Assembly (NCBI GenBank): GCA_038496445.1 | Contig: JALMLS010000322.1 | Coordinates: 558,001-622,000 of the forward strand | Direction of reading: 5' to 3' | DNA: 64,000 nucleotides | Source of the DNA: Trichosphaerium sp. ATCC 40318 | Lineage: Eukaryota > Protista > Tubulinea | Shown: positions 1 to 14,145 of the stretch, one piece after another | Layout of the letters: every line of letters starts with the position of its first letter | Numbering within the stretch: position 1 is the first letter of the stretch | Position numbers and translations under genes: made by a program | Notes under the pieces: model-generated | Database searches by the model: none | The model's input: the letters and a program-made list of their open reading frames with translations, nothing else | What the model was told of the DNA's origin: nothing

Positions 1-3000
1 TTGTTGTATAACTTGCGAGTGCATGATAAAGTAATGCAAATTCTTTCTGTACGTTCTCTTTTTTCTTTCTTCTATTTTTTCAATAATTCTTGTGTTACTT
101 ACATATATACGTATAGGTGCCTATTGAACCTGCTGATGATTGCGACTTGAACCCTAATCAAGTGTATGTACAAGGGTATAACTTTATCCGCGAGGTATGT
201 TGCAAAGGCTTTGGTTTTTTGGGTTGAAAATTGAATGTTTTTCTTTGTTTGCGCTCTTTACTGACAATAATAATTTTTTAGTTCTGTATGGACAGCAAGC
301 GAAATCAACGTGCTGTTTTTGAATACTTGGATTGGATGATTCATCAGTTATTGATCTTTATTGGCTTACAATCTAAAAAGACTGAGCTAGCTATCTTGAA
401 AGCAATCAATAGTGTTTTGTTAGAAAACCACGATTTGTGTGAACGTATGACTTTGAATAATATTGATAAGCTTGTAAACCTTGCTTGGAATAACAAAGTA
501 GCTCATAATTACGTCGTTTTGTTTCAGGTACGATATAAAACTCTGAACGAAGACAAGAAACGTTGTATTACCCCCATTGCTGATTAGTTTTGTTTTAGAC
601 AATCATTGCTCCACATGATACTAAAAGAGCTTCTATATACATGCAAACACAAGTGTTCAAGGCACTATTACGCCACCGGAAGATAAAGGAAATGTGAGTC
701 GATACTGCTTTGATGTGTTGTTTTTTTTTGTTGCTGATGTTTTACTTTCTTAGAATGAGACCTGGTCGGCGAAGAGATCAACTCAAATTTTCTGAGTTGG
801 GAACTCTGGACGATGGCAAAGCTACTAATTTCTTGTCACTGTTGACACTCTGTGTTGAGGGTAGCAACCCTGAAGTAGAAACACAGTTACAAAAGATTTT
901 CCCTCTTAGCCACTGCGTCAAGGCGTGCAAGTTGTGCTTTGAAGATTATCCAGATATCATCCCTACATATACACAGTTTATGACTGAAATCCATTTGAAC
1001 ACAGTAGCAATTACAGACAAGCGTATGTGTTTTTTTTCTTGGTTTTGGATTTTCTCTTTTTTTTTGCAATTGCCTGACTGAATTTGTATAGCTGGTCTTG
1101 ATGAGAGGTTATGGCTATTGATGAAGTCATTTGCAGATGATTTAGATACTTTAGTTAAAGAAGGCATAGCCCTATCAGAGTACGCTTCTATTATATTTTT
1201 CTTTCTCTGCCAATACAAAAAAAACCATCGGATTACTGAGTTTTCTGTTTAGATCTGGATTGGAATATGTCTTTGAAGGTATTGTACCACTTTTCAGGTA
1301 TTACTTTAGCAAGAGCTTTATTCAAGCGTTCGATGAGATGAAGTACGTCCACTTGTTCTTTTCTCTCTTTATTTACTTTCTGTGTAGTACTGAAGAACGT
1401 GAAAAGCGTCGGGCAATCGCTGATACAATAGTAATGAATCTGTTGCTATTGAAGAGACGTTTTACTATGGTATGTTGTTTTCTTGTTTCTTTATGATTAT
1501 GATGTATTAACCTGTTTATTAGGTTCGTGGTGCTGATAACCATGTTGCAGCGTTGAATTTGTGTCTTAAAGCCATGGGCGACGTTGGACTTACAGGAGAA
1601 GGCGAACAAGTCACTCAAGAGGTAGCTCTTTTATTTTATTTATTGATTGTAAGTTCGTTATTCTTATGATTGGTAGATGGACTATATAGTGCGTACAGTC
1701 ACTGTAAAAGTTATGCAAGATGATGAGGAACCAGAATACGCAGAGTTCCCTATTCAAGCGTCTTTCATGATTAAGCTGTAAGTTTTCTTTAAATTATAGA
1801 TGACTTGTGACTTATGCTTTTTTTTCGATTAGAAATGACTTGATTGCATTCCGTGTCGCTGAATTAATGACTGAAGAAGGAGAGTTTGAATACTACATGA
1901 AAGTACTTGTTAATGAACTAGGGTACGAACAAAACCCTAGAGGGATTTATCTTTTAGTTTATGTCAAAGTTATCTCAATGCTAATGGTTTCTTAGCACTG
2001 ATGCTGAGCAAGATATTTCGCTTAAGATATTTTCTTTGAAGATTTTAAGGAAACTAGCAGAGTTTACTGATTATAAGCGGCATTCTAAGATTATGGAAGC
2101 TACAAAAGCAGTTCCAGAAGCTGTACGAATGACCAAAAAATGTTTTATTTTTTTTTGTGTATATCTTATATATTAACCCCTTACCTGGGATTATCTACCT
2201 GCGTCATATTTATCCCTCTTATGTAGTTATTAGACTTCGTATGTATATTATAGTATAGTTTAGGCCCCTCTTTTTGCATCAAGTCCTTACGTAGGCGCTT
2301 GCCTTCACGTGTTTTTGGACTTGGTGTTTTTTTTGAGGCGGATTTTTTTTTTTTTTTTTTTGGGCTGACACCTTTCTTAGTTGGTTGCTTTGCTGTCTCG
2401 GCAAGGTGGCGGTAAATACAGTAATGAAGTACTCAAGGCACTGTGTGCGCTAGTGTATGATGGTGAGACACAATATGCACCAAATAAGGTACATAGCTAT
2501 ACTAGGCTTTTTAGCGTCTAATTCATTTCTAGAAACTACTTGTAAAGGTAATGGATGGTGATAGACGTGTTGCATTTCAGAAAGCAATTGATAAAGCACT
2601 TGGTAGAACACTAGAGGTAACTGTCGGTTGTTTTCTTTTATTTCTGATTACTAACGATATGAATAAAGGCAATGAACTCGGATAAGGTTGGTGAAGAAGT
2701 TCTGAGCATGAGTAATGGTTCTATATCTTCTAAGCAGCAACCACCTTTGGACAAAGAATTATTGGAGAAGTTGTTCCGGTTGATGTTCATCTTGAGTTCA
2801 AGTATCATCTTCAAGGTAAAGTAGCTTGGTAAACTTGGAGCGCTTTATATTGACTTATTGTTATAGAGTATCCTTACCAAGGATATTGTAGATAAGGTTG
2901 TGCAAGTTCTGACAAGTCTACAAAAAGTGTTGGACACAAATGACGCTGTTATGGTTATTGTCCTCTTAAAAACGATATCTCGGTTTATAAAACTTAATCC

Positions 3001-3732
3001 GAAATACATTGTACGTTTTCCTTTGTTTTCGATTGAAATTTTTTCGCCCAACTTCGCAAAACTTGGACTAACTTTTTGGTTGTTTAGAAACGCCTTCTGG
3101 ATGAGAATCCGTACCCTACCATTTGTGAGATTTTCGAATTGAGCCCATTGGTTGTAAGGGAATACGATGAAGAGACAATAATGGAGTTTGATGATAATGT
3201 AGTTTCTGCAAAGGTGATTTTCTTTTTTTGTTTATTCTCACTTGTTTACACCTTACGTTAACTCTCCCCTTAGGTCGAAGTTTTCTTCTTCTTGGGCGCC
3301 TTATTGGCTCATGATAAAAACTATGCAAAGACTCTTGTGTCATCACTTACAAGCGCTTACCCTCTTATTGTACGTGTTGTATTCATTTTTTTTAAGGTTT
3401 TGTTTTAAAGCTCATGTTTCTCTTTTAGATTCAAAATGTCCAAATGCTTGACAATTACGAACTACCTCCAGCAATTTATGTAAATATGGCGGTTCGTACT
3501 GAGGCATTTTTGAGCACTCTGGCTAAAGCTGAAGGCTTTAAAAACCCACAGGTACAGTCGAATATTCAAGTCAAGATTGTTTTTGAGAAATAGTTTATTT
3601 TTGTACCGGTTTATGTATGGCGTAATTGCTCATTATATTTAGTTGAGCAAGACACGGAAGGTTGTTCAAGCCGTAGTAAGACGATTCAACACTGAAACTA
3701 AACCACGCTTGGAGAAAAGGAACATGCTGTGA
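1..3732 (+). CDS. IP3/ryanodine receptor-like RIH-domain/ARM protein, 5'-truncated by the window, multi-exon, no C-terminal channel domain
   Basis: Spliced exons read FCMDSKRNQRAVFEYLD and NFLSLLTLCVEGSNPEVETQLQKIFPLSHCVKACK...YTQFMTEIHLNT, resembling the IP3R RIH2 region. The last exon LSKTRKVVQAVVRRFNTETKPRLEKRNML ends at TGA 3730-3732, followed by an AT-rich 3' region with AATAAA. Confidence 0.6.
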
Positions 3733-4402
3733 CTTTGAACGGGTTTTTTAATCAAAAAAAAGAAAAAAAAAGTTGTCGAGGACCCGAAGCTCCCCTTTGT
3801 TTTTTGCGTTACAGTTTGGTGATTAGTATTATTATATCACCTTTCTGTTTATGTAAATTCTTGTGGTGTACTATTTATAAGCTCGGCGTTATTATCATCC
3901 CCCGCTATTGTCTTTGATTTTCAAAAAAAAACACAAATAAATAAAGACTTGCGTATTTAAAATCTAGTGGTTTTCTTTGAGTTCGAATTCTTTAGAAGTG
4001 TTCATGAAAAGATGTCTTTTTGTGTATTTAAAAATAAACCAGACGTTGTCATTTTTATTTAGAGCTTTAGTAGTAGATGTGGATTGTTGACTCAAACTTT
4101 GCAAGACGCAGTTTGACGAAAACAAGAATCAAAAAACCTCACTGAACTACACCTTTACACGGCCGAAACGCATCCTTGATAGCAGTATCAGCTCACCAGC
4201 ATAAAATATAGTACGTTTTTGTACATTTGTTTGCCAGGAGATTTAGTTGGCTCTAGAATGCGCTCGAGGAGTCTATCATTAGTGAGGGCTGTTTTTTACG
4301 CGTTAAAAATACCTTTTTCGTTAAATAGCTTTAAAAACGTTCTACTATGATCTTTTTGCGAAAATGCTTCCTATTCTGTCCTAACAACGCATAAATAGAA
4401 AA

Positions 4403-6104
4403 ATGGAAACAACACTTGAAAACGCTCCTGTCGAAGTCGTTTCACACATTTTGGATTTTCTCAAAGAGTCTAGATTTTCTGTAGCTCAGACATGCAAGAG
4501 ACTATCTAGTATTATTCACGAGACTGTTGGATACCATAAGGTAGTAATTAGAACAAAACAAGATGTTATTGACATTGCTAAACACAATGGTATTTTAAAA
4601 CATTCAATGATTGACTTGTCGTCAAAAGTCAGACCTTCAGATGACACCCTCAGCCTACTAAAAGAAGCTCGGTATCTCGATATAACAGGATCATATTCGG
4701 TAAGGCAGCGTATCACTGACAAAGGACTTTCTGGGCTCTCAGGAGCTCATACATTAAGTCTTGATTGGTGCCCTGATATCGGTCATACACTCGAATGTCT
4801 GTCAGGTGTTCACACTATAAGCCTTTCTAATTGTAAGCATCTAACGGATAAGTCTATTCCTTCGCTAGCAGGTGCACATACGATTAATATATCTAATTGT
4901 GAAGCTATCACTGATATTACGGCTCTTGGTGGTTGTTATTCTATTAACTGCAGTGAATGCTTTGATATTACTGAGGACAGTATAAAGGCCATGGCTGGAG
5001 CTCATACTGTTCTTGCTGCGTGTTGTGAGAGTGGTGTTACTGATGAGTCACTTAAGGCTTTGGCAGGTGTTCATACGCTAGATATTAGTGAGACTTTTGT
5101 CACTGATGAAGGAATGAAAAGTTTGGCGGGTGTTTATTCAATCAATCTGTGTGGTTGTAATGATGTAACAGATGATGGGTTAAAGGCTATTGCAGGTGTA
5201 AAAATAGCTAATATATCGCAAATGGAAAGTATTTCTGATGAAGGTGTTAGCGCTTTATCTGGTGTTCATACGATTGATTTAGGCTTACTCAAAAACCTTA
5301 CCTTAAGGTCGTTTAAAGCTCTATCTGGTGTTCACAATATAACCCTTTGGGAAACAAGTATAGGTAACTTGTTGTTTTTAATTTATAAAAACGTTTTCTT
5401 GTTTTTTTCTTCTATTTCTTTGATCCACACGTGATAAACATCTTTTTTTTTTTTTTTGATACTAACATATATTGCTTTCTTTTTAGTTTTGCCCTTGCTC
5501 ATATATTCTTTTCGTAGACGATGATGGTCTTAAAGCGCTCGCTGGCGTTCATACCATAAATTTGCACAAAGCAAGAAACGTTACTGACGAGGGTATCAAA
5601 TCTTTAGCCGGTGTTCATACAATAGATCTATCCTACACATCTGTAACTGATGATGGTATTGCCGCATTAGAAGGTGTTCACTCTATTGTATTGGATTACA
5701 CACGTGTTACCAATAGAGGCCTTGAATCACTTAAGGCAGCGCATACAGTAAGCTTAATATATTATGATGTTGTAATCAACAATGGTACCTCTTCTGCTAT
5801 TACTGATGAAGGTTTAAAGCACCTTTCTTCTGCAGTTAAGGTATATCTTGATGGTATTACTCATATTACAGATAAAGGAGTAAGTCATCTTTGTGGTGTT
5901 CATCGTCTGTCTCTTGATGGAAATGCTATTACAGATGATAGTATTAGAAAGCTTACTAATCTTCGTTCTCTTTCAATAGCGAGTATTCCAGGTGTGACTG
6001 ACGCTAGTATATCTTGTTTACCTTACCTGAATAAGATAAAATGTCATAACCACAGCTTCTCTACTAATCTTATTAACAAGCTTTGTAGTCCTGTGTACCT
6101 TTAA
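4403..6104 (+). CDS. F-box + leucine-rich repeat protein (~24-aa GVHTIDLS...VTDEGLKAL repeats), one intron 5364-5517
   Basis: N-terminal LENAPVEVVSHILDFL...VAQTCKRL F-box; roughly 20 LRRs; a phase-1 GT-AG intron joins the two ORFs (TSI-DDDGLKALAGVHT). Confidence 0.85.
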
Positions 6105-6319
6105 TGGTAAGTGTACAACAAAAAAAAAACCTAATAAAAACTTGATTTTGCTACAACATTGAAACGAGTCATGTGGCATTCAGTACTGCCCTTTAGCAAG
6201 GGTTTTTAGTTCTTTTTTGGTCAGTTTCATAGAAATTGAGTATTGTTAAGACGCGAGCCATTTATTTGTAAAACAAACGAACTTATGATAAGTAATAATA
6301 CGCAAAAAAGTGCATTTTA

Positions 6320-9300
6320 TTAATTCTTACAAGCTTGAAGAGATTCTTGTTTTGTAAGAGCAAGCATTGCCATTGCATCTGTGAATGTTGGAGAAGACCA
6401 ATAAGGGAATGATGCTGTATTATATCCTGGAAACTTCAGTGGTGTTTTGTGTTCTAGGTTTAAGTTTTTTTGTTAAAACGATGGTGAGGTAAGAAGGCTT
6501 TGAATTCACTTACCGAAATGTAGTTTTGTGAGTTCCTTTTCGTATTCAGCTTGTGGCATGAAACCTAATTATGTAAAGTGAGTACATGTACATTGGATTT
6601 ATAAGGATATAAGTACCAGAGACGCCATAGATGAGTAAGGAAGTTATATCCCTAGAAGCAAAAGTTTAACTTTTGATTTTTTTTGGGTTTTGTTTGTCTC
6701 GCTGTGGTGAGCATAGAGTAGTTTTTTATTTACGTACTGTGGTTTTGGGTTTGTTAATACTGTACCATTTACGTAACGAGCTGCATTTCCAGGGTACCTG
6801 AAAGGATCACATGCTAAAAAACCGTTAAAACCTTTGAAACGTTGAAAGTTCAACATGCTTGATAAAGGAGTGCATTGAACGCTTTCCGAAAAAAATCAAG
6901 TGAAAACCGAACGTACTGAGTCCCTTTACTGAAGCTGAGAAGAAAGCATTTTGGTGCTCATATTCATCTCCAAGAATATAATGAGATAAAAAGGAAACTG
7001 CTTTCTCAACAAGAATTTTAATTTTCTGCAGTAAAAAACAACGGTATTAGCAAACAAAAAACCAACAAATCACAAGCTCAAAGCAGTCCAATTATTCCAC
7101 CCACTCACGAAAATAGAAGAAGCACACGTTGAATAGAATAAAACACGTGTTAAGGACAAGGCGTGAGAAGCATTGAAAAAGTTCTGAGCTGTTGTTTCTT
7201 GTAAAGAAACACGTACCGCAGGTGTGGATGGAATCCAGTTACGTGTGCATGAAGCATCTGGTTGAGTCCAGATATCAACAAGAGCATTAACAGCAACAGC
7301 TGTAGTAAAAAGGCGGTCATCACCATGGTTGATAGGATAACCGAATATATCAATATCATCTAAAACACAAAATATCCTATTTAGTAAACAACAACAAATA
7401 TCTTTTGAAGCTTTTTTCATGGCACGTTATGTATTTTTTCCAACAACATTTCTTGTTTATAAAAATAGGTAACAAGGGGTTTGTTAAAACATTTAAAATT
7501 GGTTATAAAAATGATGTACAGCCGGATTGAAACTCGTTTTCTTTTTTTTTGGATCAACGTTTTAAAGTCTTGTTTTGATTTGGAGACAATGAGATAAAAA
7601 AGTGCTTACCGTTCCCAAGGAAGTCGTCCCAGTAAACCCAACCACTATTTTTAGAATCTACAACACTGTTCTCAACAATAGCATTCGTTCCATTACCGCG
7701 CATTGCTTCTGTTAATAATTTCTTCGCTGTTTTGAAACATTCATAAGGTAGTTCTTCTTGTTTGTTTAAAAGATAAACTGTTCTTGATGTGAACCACAAA
7801 AAGTCGTATTTAGGCGGATAATACCTGTAACACGTGATTTAGTAATACTAACCCAAATATCGTAAACACGTACAATAATGCTATGTCTGGTCTCTTATCA
7901 ACAATACGGTGGTTGATAGCCCTACGTGAATGAGTAAAAAATTATGTGGATGAGAAAATATTTTGGGTTTTTTGTCTTGGTCTTTCTACAAAACAACAAG
8001 ATTTGACTTGTTTAGCGATTTTTACACGCCCCAGTACTTGGTTGAATACCAATTGAAAAAATTAAATACCACTGTAGCGGAGGTGGGGTCCTGAAACTAG
8101 TTTTTCTTGACATTTTTTAGTAGTTTTTTCGAATCAAAGGTACCATGCAAGGAGTTTTGATGTATCGCTGTAAAGCTTCTGAGCATCCGAATGGAACCAT
8201 TCGGATACATCTCCAACATTGTTTAAAGCAGCATTACCTAAACCAAAGATGGTATTGGAAGCAACCGTGAGGTCAACCTAGAGAATCTGTTAAGATTTTT
8301 TTCAAAAACAATACAAAAAATCAATAAAGGCTAGTACATTATTCACTTCAAACGGCATGCTGACTTCATAATTACCTTTCCTTCTTTCTGCAAGATTTTG
8401 TAGCCATGTAGTTACAATAAATAACGATGGTAGGCCATCTAAAAAATCGGTTAAAAGAACGTTAATACAAGACTTTGAATTTTTTTCAGATGTCTCACTT
8501 TTTTCTTCTTCTTCGGCCAAGAAGTCTCTGTTGAATAATAAGTAAGGAGAAGTATGTGTATTATGCGAGATGTGTTTTTACCTTATCCAATAGTACGTTC
8601 TTGGATCAATTAAATTATCATCAAGTGTAGTAGAGAATGGTTTATACGAAAACTTTACAAGAGCATCTGTTGTAAGTTTCATATTTTTGTTATTGTTCAT
8701 CCATGTCTGCAAAGACTTTGGAAATAGCTTTTCTTGTTCCTTCAATAAACCGCCTATGAAATTAAATAAAAGAAAAGTAACCAACACTGAACGTTAGCGA
8801 GAACAGAAATGATTCGCGAAACCGACAAAAAGAAGAAAGAAAAAAGTTATTGTACCGAGTTGGAAGTTAACAGATGTGTCATCAGCATCAGGTGGGATAT
8901 TGAATATGTTCAAGTTGAATTCAGCCTCCTCAACAATTGGAGCAACATAAGGAATAAGACTTGATAATCCTAGTAGAGCTCTGTCAACATAACTCACGAA
9001 ATTGTATTTTTCTCTCAAAAAAAAATTGCTTTTTTACCAATGCTTTTTAGTAGCTCTTCAACTACTTTCCCAAACGTTTCTAATTCTTCTAATGGTTCAC
9101 CAATATTACTTGGAAATGCTTTCCATGTTCCATTAGAAAGTACTTGTGGCCAAAAGCTATAAGTAGGTGCATCTTGTTTATTGTTCTTTGAAAAAATTAA
9201 TAGATCTCATCGACAATTAGTTTTTACCTTATCCTTGAAATTACCAAGAGCTTCGACGGATGTCAATAATTGCGCTTGGGAAATATTTATCTTTCCGTAT

Positions 9301-10048
9301 TTACTTACTTCCAAAAGTGCCTAGAGACAAGAACAATCAGAAATAACAAACAAAGAAATCTTGCATCCAAATACAATCAAAATTTTTTTTGCGAAATTCT
9401 TTCGTTTTATCATTCTGTCACGTGACAAAATATAATTTTATCAAACAACTAAATTTAATGTAGCAGCAACCATAGTTAAAAGCCGAAGTGGCAGGTTCAA
9501 AAAAAACCAAAGGAGGTGTAGGTACGTACTTGAGAAACCCAATTTGTGACAAACATGTTGTTATCATAAAATTCGATATACCTTCGCGCTAGCGAATATT
9601 CTTCAGCTCCATAGAAGTTCAAGTGTACATAACTAGGGTAAATACCTAAAAACAACACCGGGTGAGTCAATACACGTTGTTAGTGCGTGTATTCGGAAAA
9701 CGATATCAGGCTTAAAAAAAGTTGTGTGACGTCTAAGAAAACCATTCCAAACGCTTGGAAATACTGCTTTGAATGCGTCTTACAGTAAAAAGAAAATTCT
9801 TTGTGACAAAGCGTTCTAAACGGTTTTAAACGTACCACGTAGTTTCCTCCATTGCGCAAAAGGCGGAATATACTCCTGAGATTGTCTTTTGTACCAGTAA
9901 GTGATAAATGACGACAACAGGCGTTCACGTACTGAACTTGAGCCTCTGTAATACGTTTATTTAGTTTTTGGATAACAGAGCCAATGTCTTGTCCAACACA
10001 GACACAAACAAGAAATAATGAAATAGAAAGAAGCGCAATTACCCTCAT
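6320..10048 (-). CDS. Secreted multi-exon protein of unknown function with a PPDADDTS (DxDDT) motif; possible prenyltransferase/terpene-cyclase-like alpha-barrel
   Basis: Signal peptide MRVIALLSISLFLVCVCVG. Exons include FNIPPDADDTSVNFQLG, MPFEVNNVDLTVASNTIFG, YWDDFLGN and DDRLFTTAVAVNALVDIW. The last exon FPYWSSPTFTDAMAMLAL...ACKN ends at 6320. Confidence 0.65.
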
Positions 10049-10504
10049 TATAAGCTCTATTGCCTAAAGTGCCCGTTTTATTAGGTTAAGTCGGTTTTTT
10101 TTTACAGCTTTTCGGTTTGGATTGAACTTTTTTGTTTTAGCGTACTTGTGCTTTATCTCTGTATAAAACTCCGGTATCTGCTACCAAATATGTAAATACA
10201 ACCAATGTAGATAGTCAGAAATAAAAACTTGCCTTACAAGCTGTCACGTGACTATATCTTGAGTTTATGTTCTCCTTGAAAAAAAAGAAAAAAAAGAGGT
10301 CCGCTGCGCACTCACTGGTTGGTAGATTGAGACCTAATATTAGTGTATTGAAGGTACGCATGTATAAAGAATTAAAACACAATAAGAGCTTGATGTAGTG
10401 GTGGATAGCGGTTTTATTTACAGTTTTTTTTTTTCGAAAAATTTCCACTTTGTTAGGGCTTGGAGCGATATAAATAGCTTGTTTTTAAATTAAATAGACG
10501 CCTG

Positions 10505-12925
10505 TTATCCTGTCAATGAGTGATCATCTTCTTTTATGAGTTTGGGAGAAAGATAGATAGATCGACTGTGGTTTAGTGATCTACTCTTTCTTGCATATTC
10601 ATCCATAGAACCAGCGTTTCTACTCATCGAAGCCATGGACTGCTTTAAATGTCTTCTTAAATTTCTTTGTGAGCCACTTTTACTTCTTCTTAAAATAATG
10701 ATAGGAGCTTCTGGGTTCTCTCTTTCTTCTTCTACACCTTCTGAAACAGCCAAAGAAACATTTGTCGTATCACGTCTTAGTTTGTGAGGTGGATCAAACA
10801 GATAGTGGCTTGTCTCTTGACGTGGTAATTTTTTGTATCTATTTCTTCTTTCTCCCGTTGTTTTACTTCTTCTTCGTCCTCCTCCTCTTCGACTGTGTCT
10901 GCTTCTATGGCTTGATCTTCTTTCAGGGGGCGTTATAATTATCGGATCGCTTATAACGCATGGCTTGGCCAGGTTTGGCCTTGCCATCTCAAGGGGAGGC
11001 GTTTTGGAGAACATACTGCCATTACTTAGATTACTCGCTGCTCTACTATTTTTTTTGCCTTCAGTGAATGTCCTCCTACGAACTTCCCGAAGCACTTTGG
11101 AATCAGCAGACTGTTCACATGTCGATAAAGAACGTTTCGTCTTATTGGGGGCTGTGTGGCTTCTTTCTCTTGTCTCAATGTCGTCAACAAGGGAGTTCAG
11201 TCGCTTCCCTTCTACAAAAGATTTGCTTCTTACTGTTGTATTGCGCGATTCCCCGTAAAAATCAAGATCTTCTAGTATGTTTATATCCTTCTTTATAGTC
11301 CTGCATGCTTTCTTGAGAAATTTTAGCCATACTGGAACCTCTAGTACGTCTACAGAATGTAAGAAAACTCCACAGCAAAAAAAGAAAGAAAATCACAAAG
11401 AATTCTTGTCTGAAGATGCGAGTAAAAAAAAGATTTGATCTAGCAAACAAGTGTGTCAAGTGTGTCAGCTGTATGTCACAGTACATCAAAAATTTTAGGG
11501 TGCGTAATGGATAGATAAAAAGGGTAAAAAACAAAACTCCAAACGTTTGGTTTCCGTGTTTACCTATTTTAAACATGTATCTATGAGATCCAGCGTGTAT
11601 GAAAACAAGTTTCGTATTTTTACGGGGTAAACTGACCATGATACGCGTTATATGTTCTAAAAGAATAGCATGCTTCTTATGCTTCATGTCCTTAGGAGAA
11701 AGCGTGAATTTTTCAATTTTGTTTTTGCTAAAATAAAAAAACTCCCAAGCTACAAAAGATTGTGCCAAGAATTGTGGAGTTTGTAGGGGACTTATGTGTT
11801 ATTTACCTTGCTTGTGTAACAAACGAGTGTTCTTGCATTGAGCACAAGTAATCCTTTACGCCATTTCTAAACAATTATGTGAGACTTTAGACTAAAGATT
11901 AAAAAACTTTACATCGGAGTATTGTTTATTGGTTAATAAAAAAAAAATACCGCTTTGAGAAAAAAGTTGTCACGTGATATTTTTGTTTTGCTTTTTTTTT
12001 GTTTTTCGTAGCGCGGTAGAATGTTTTTTGTGTTGTAAATAAACTAGAGAACAATATAGCTATAAAGGGTAAAAAGGCGTACCTTCATTTGAGAAACTTT
12101 CAAAGTTACTTTTCCACAATACAATGGTATTTCGCTTCTTAGAGGATCTTCTTGTTCAATACTAGCGCCTACTACCTTCAACGCTACTGATAATCCTCTC
12201 GCTTTAGTCTTATAAATAATTGTACCGTCTGACGTCATTTTATCAAATGTAACGTTTGGGTAAATGGGCACAATTTGTTGTTGAAGTGTTTTAGTTCTTT
12301 TTTGATTTTTTATTGAAAGAAAAATTACGGCTTAACTCAAGTGCAGTTTGTTAATTTGATGACGCTACCATTTTTATGAACCTGTTTTTCATATCTACAG
12401 ACTAATCAAAGATGGCTCGATTAAGTTTTAACTGAGTATTTGCGTTTTCGCTATTCCGGCTGTAATTCTTGAAATTCACTTTAGCTGAACGTCCGCTTGT
12501 GATTGGTGAGAGCGCAGTATAGAGGATTGGGTGTAATGACAGCAAAGGAAAAAGTACCTCTACAACTAACAACCCGAAGACTGAGAACTTCAATCCGAAA
12601 CAGCGATTACTAGCTTGTATGAGTTTGTTTGGTTTTCTGTATTGGCCTACGGTTACTCCACGTGCGGAATATAACACATCGGATAAACCACCTCCGTGTT
12701 GCGCTAGATATTTGATTGTTTACTTCATCCTTCACAACTGTACGTGATATATACCGCCGGATGTTATTAGGTACGTTCCATAGTTGTACAACAATGACCG
12801 ACACGTGTTTTTAATTAATTTGTTCTTGTTCAGCTTTGGCCTTGAGCGATAGCTAGAGGTTTATTGAAGACATTGTAAATACTACTAGTTATTGTAAGTC
12901 CTTTGGCAATGTCATGTTTCGTCAT
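10505..12925 (-). CDS. Probable PH-domain protein with an Arg/Ser-rich disordered C-terminus; 5' exon structure uncertain
   Basis: Exons FLAQSFVAWEFFYF...ILLEHITRI...HRYMFKIG then DVLEVPVWLKFLKKAC (PH-type terminal helix) run in frame into the 10505-11095 ORF. Confidence 0.45.
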
Positions 12926-12973
12926 GCACAGGCGAGAGAAAATATCACGTTGTTTCCACAAGATCAATGAGTA

Positions 12974-13846
12974 CTAGCAATCTTTGGCATTCTCTTCATC
13001 TATGTTTTCGTTAATTTCTTGTTCGAAAAACAAGGCACTAACGAAAATTCTTACCTTCTCTGACATTACGAAGACTCTGTTTTCTCTTTTGTTTTTTCTT
13101 CTTTTTTATTCTACCAGTAGACTTCTCTGCCTTATATTTTTGATATGAAGGTGTTGACTTATCAACTTTACAACCCAAAGATTCGTACATCTTCAGTTGT
13201 GTTTTAAAACCTCTGTTTGGCCACACCATAGACCTACGCTTCTGTGCATGCGATAACGCATCTTCAAACTTCATTCCTTTGTACTTCATCATATACGCAA
13301 TGATAATGCTTGAAGACCTCGAGATACCTAGATACGTAAGTCAAGCGTAATAAAATTGGCAAAAAATGTTTGACTAGGACGAAACTTCACAGCCTCCTAA
13401 CATCCTCGATAGAACATAGCTGTAGATAAAATACTGGATTGGTTGCACATGAATGTAATATTTACCTTGTTGACAATGAACAAACACTCTGCCCTCAGAT
13501 AGTTTTTCATGAATCCACAGTGTACCTGTTGACAAAATTAGGAGTAAAACAAAAACGGGAAAAATTATTACAATCGTCAAAATACGTTAATAGGTCTTCC
13601 TCGTCCATATCTAATACATCAAGAGCCTCAAGATAGTATCTAAAGTCCTTGGCAAGCCTATTAAGACAAAATAATTATACTATCGTTTTATAAGCTTACC
13701 GATGGATAGCAGCTCTTCAAAGCATAGCCTACTGGCATTATGAACTGTATTTTAGATTCTAGCAATAGAGTTCGGTTGAGAGCCACAGCATAGCTTCCTA
13801 AGAATAAATCTGGCACTATTTCATCAAGAGTTTCTTCCTCGGACAT
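12974..13846 (-). CDS. Atypical dual-specificity protein phosphatase (DUSP12/19-like catalytic domain)
   Basis: MSEEETLDEIVPDLFLGS start; the catalytic VFVHCQQG|ISRSSSIIIAYMM is split by an intron; VWPNRGFKTQLKMYE; last exon DEENAKDC*. Confidence 0.88.
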
Positions 13847-14145
13847 GCTAATTGCTGTTAAAATCTCTAATTGGTTAAGTTAGCGATTTTCAAAGCTCTT
13901 TGAAACTGTTGCTGACTAATTCGTTTTTTTTTCTTACTCGGTCTGAGTTCTAATCTGGGTCTCAATAGCAAAGTGTATAAGCGGTCATTCTTAAACACGT
14001 GTTGCAACTGCTTTTTTCTTCGAACCTCTGCCGAACAAGCCGCTTTCGAAGAAAACAACAATTCGCCAACGTTATGAGAATGGTTGTTAAGTCTCAAGGT
14101 TAGGTACAGGTTGCTGAACAACATAAATCAACAACCACTAAAAAA

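Noticed and set aside
10833-11258. Hydrophobic antisense ORFs (also 21190-21510, 31744-32050, 50624-51227, 15394-15801)
   Set aside because: These are shadow frames of low-complexity coding sequence on the opposite strand.
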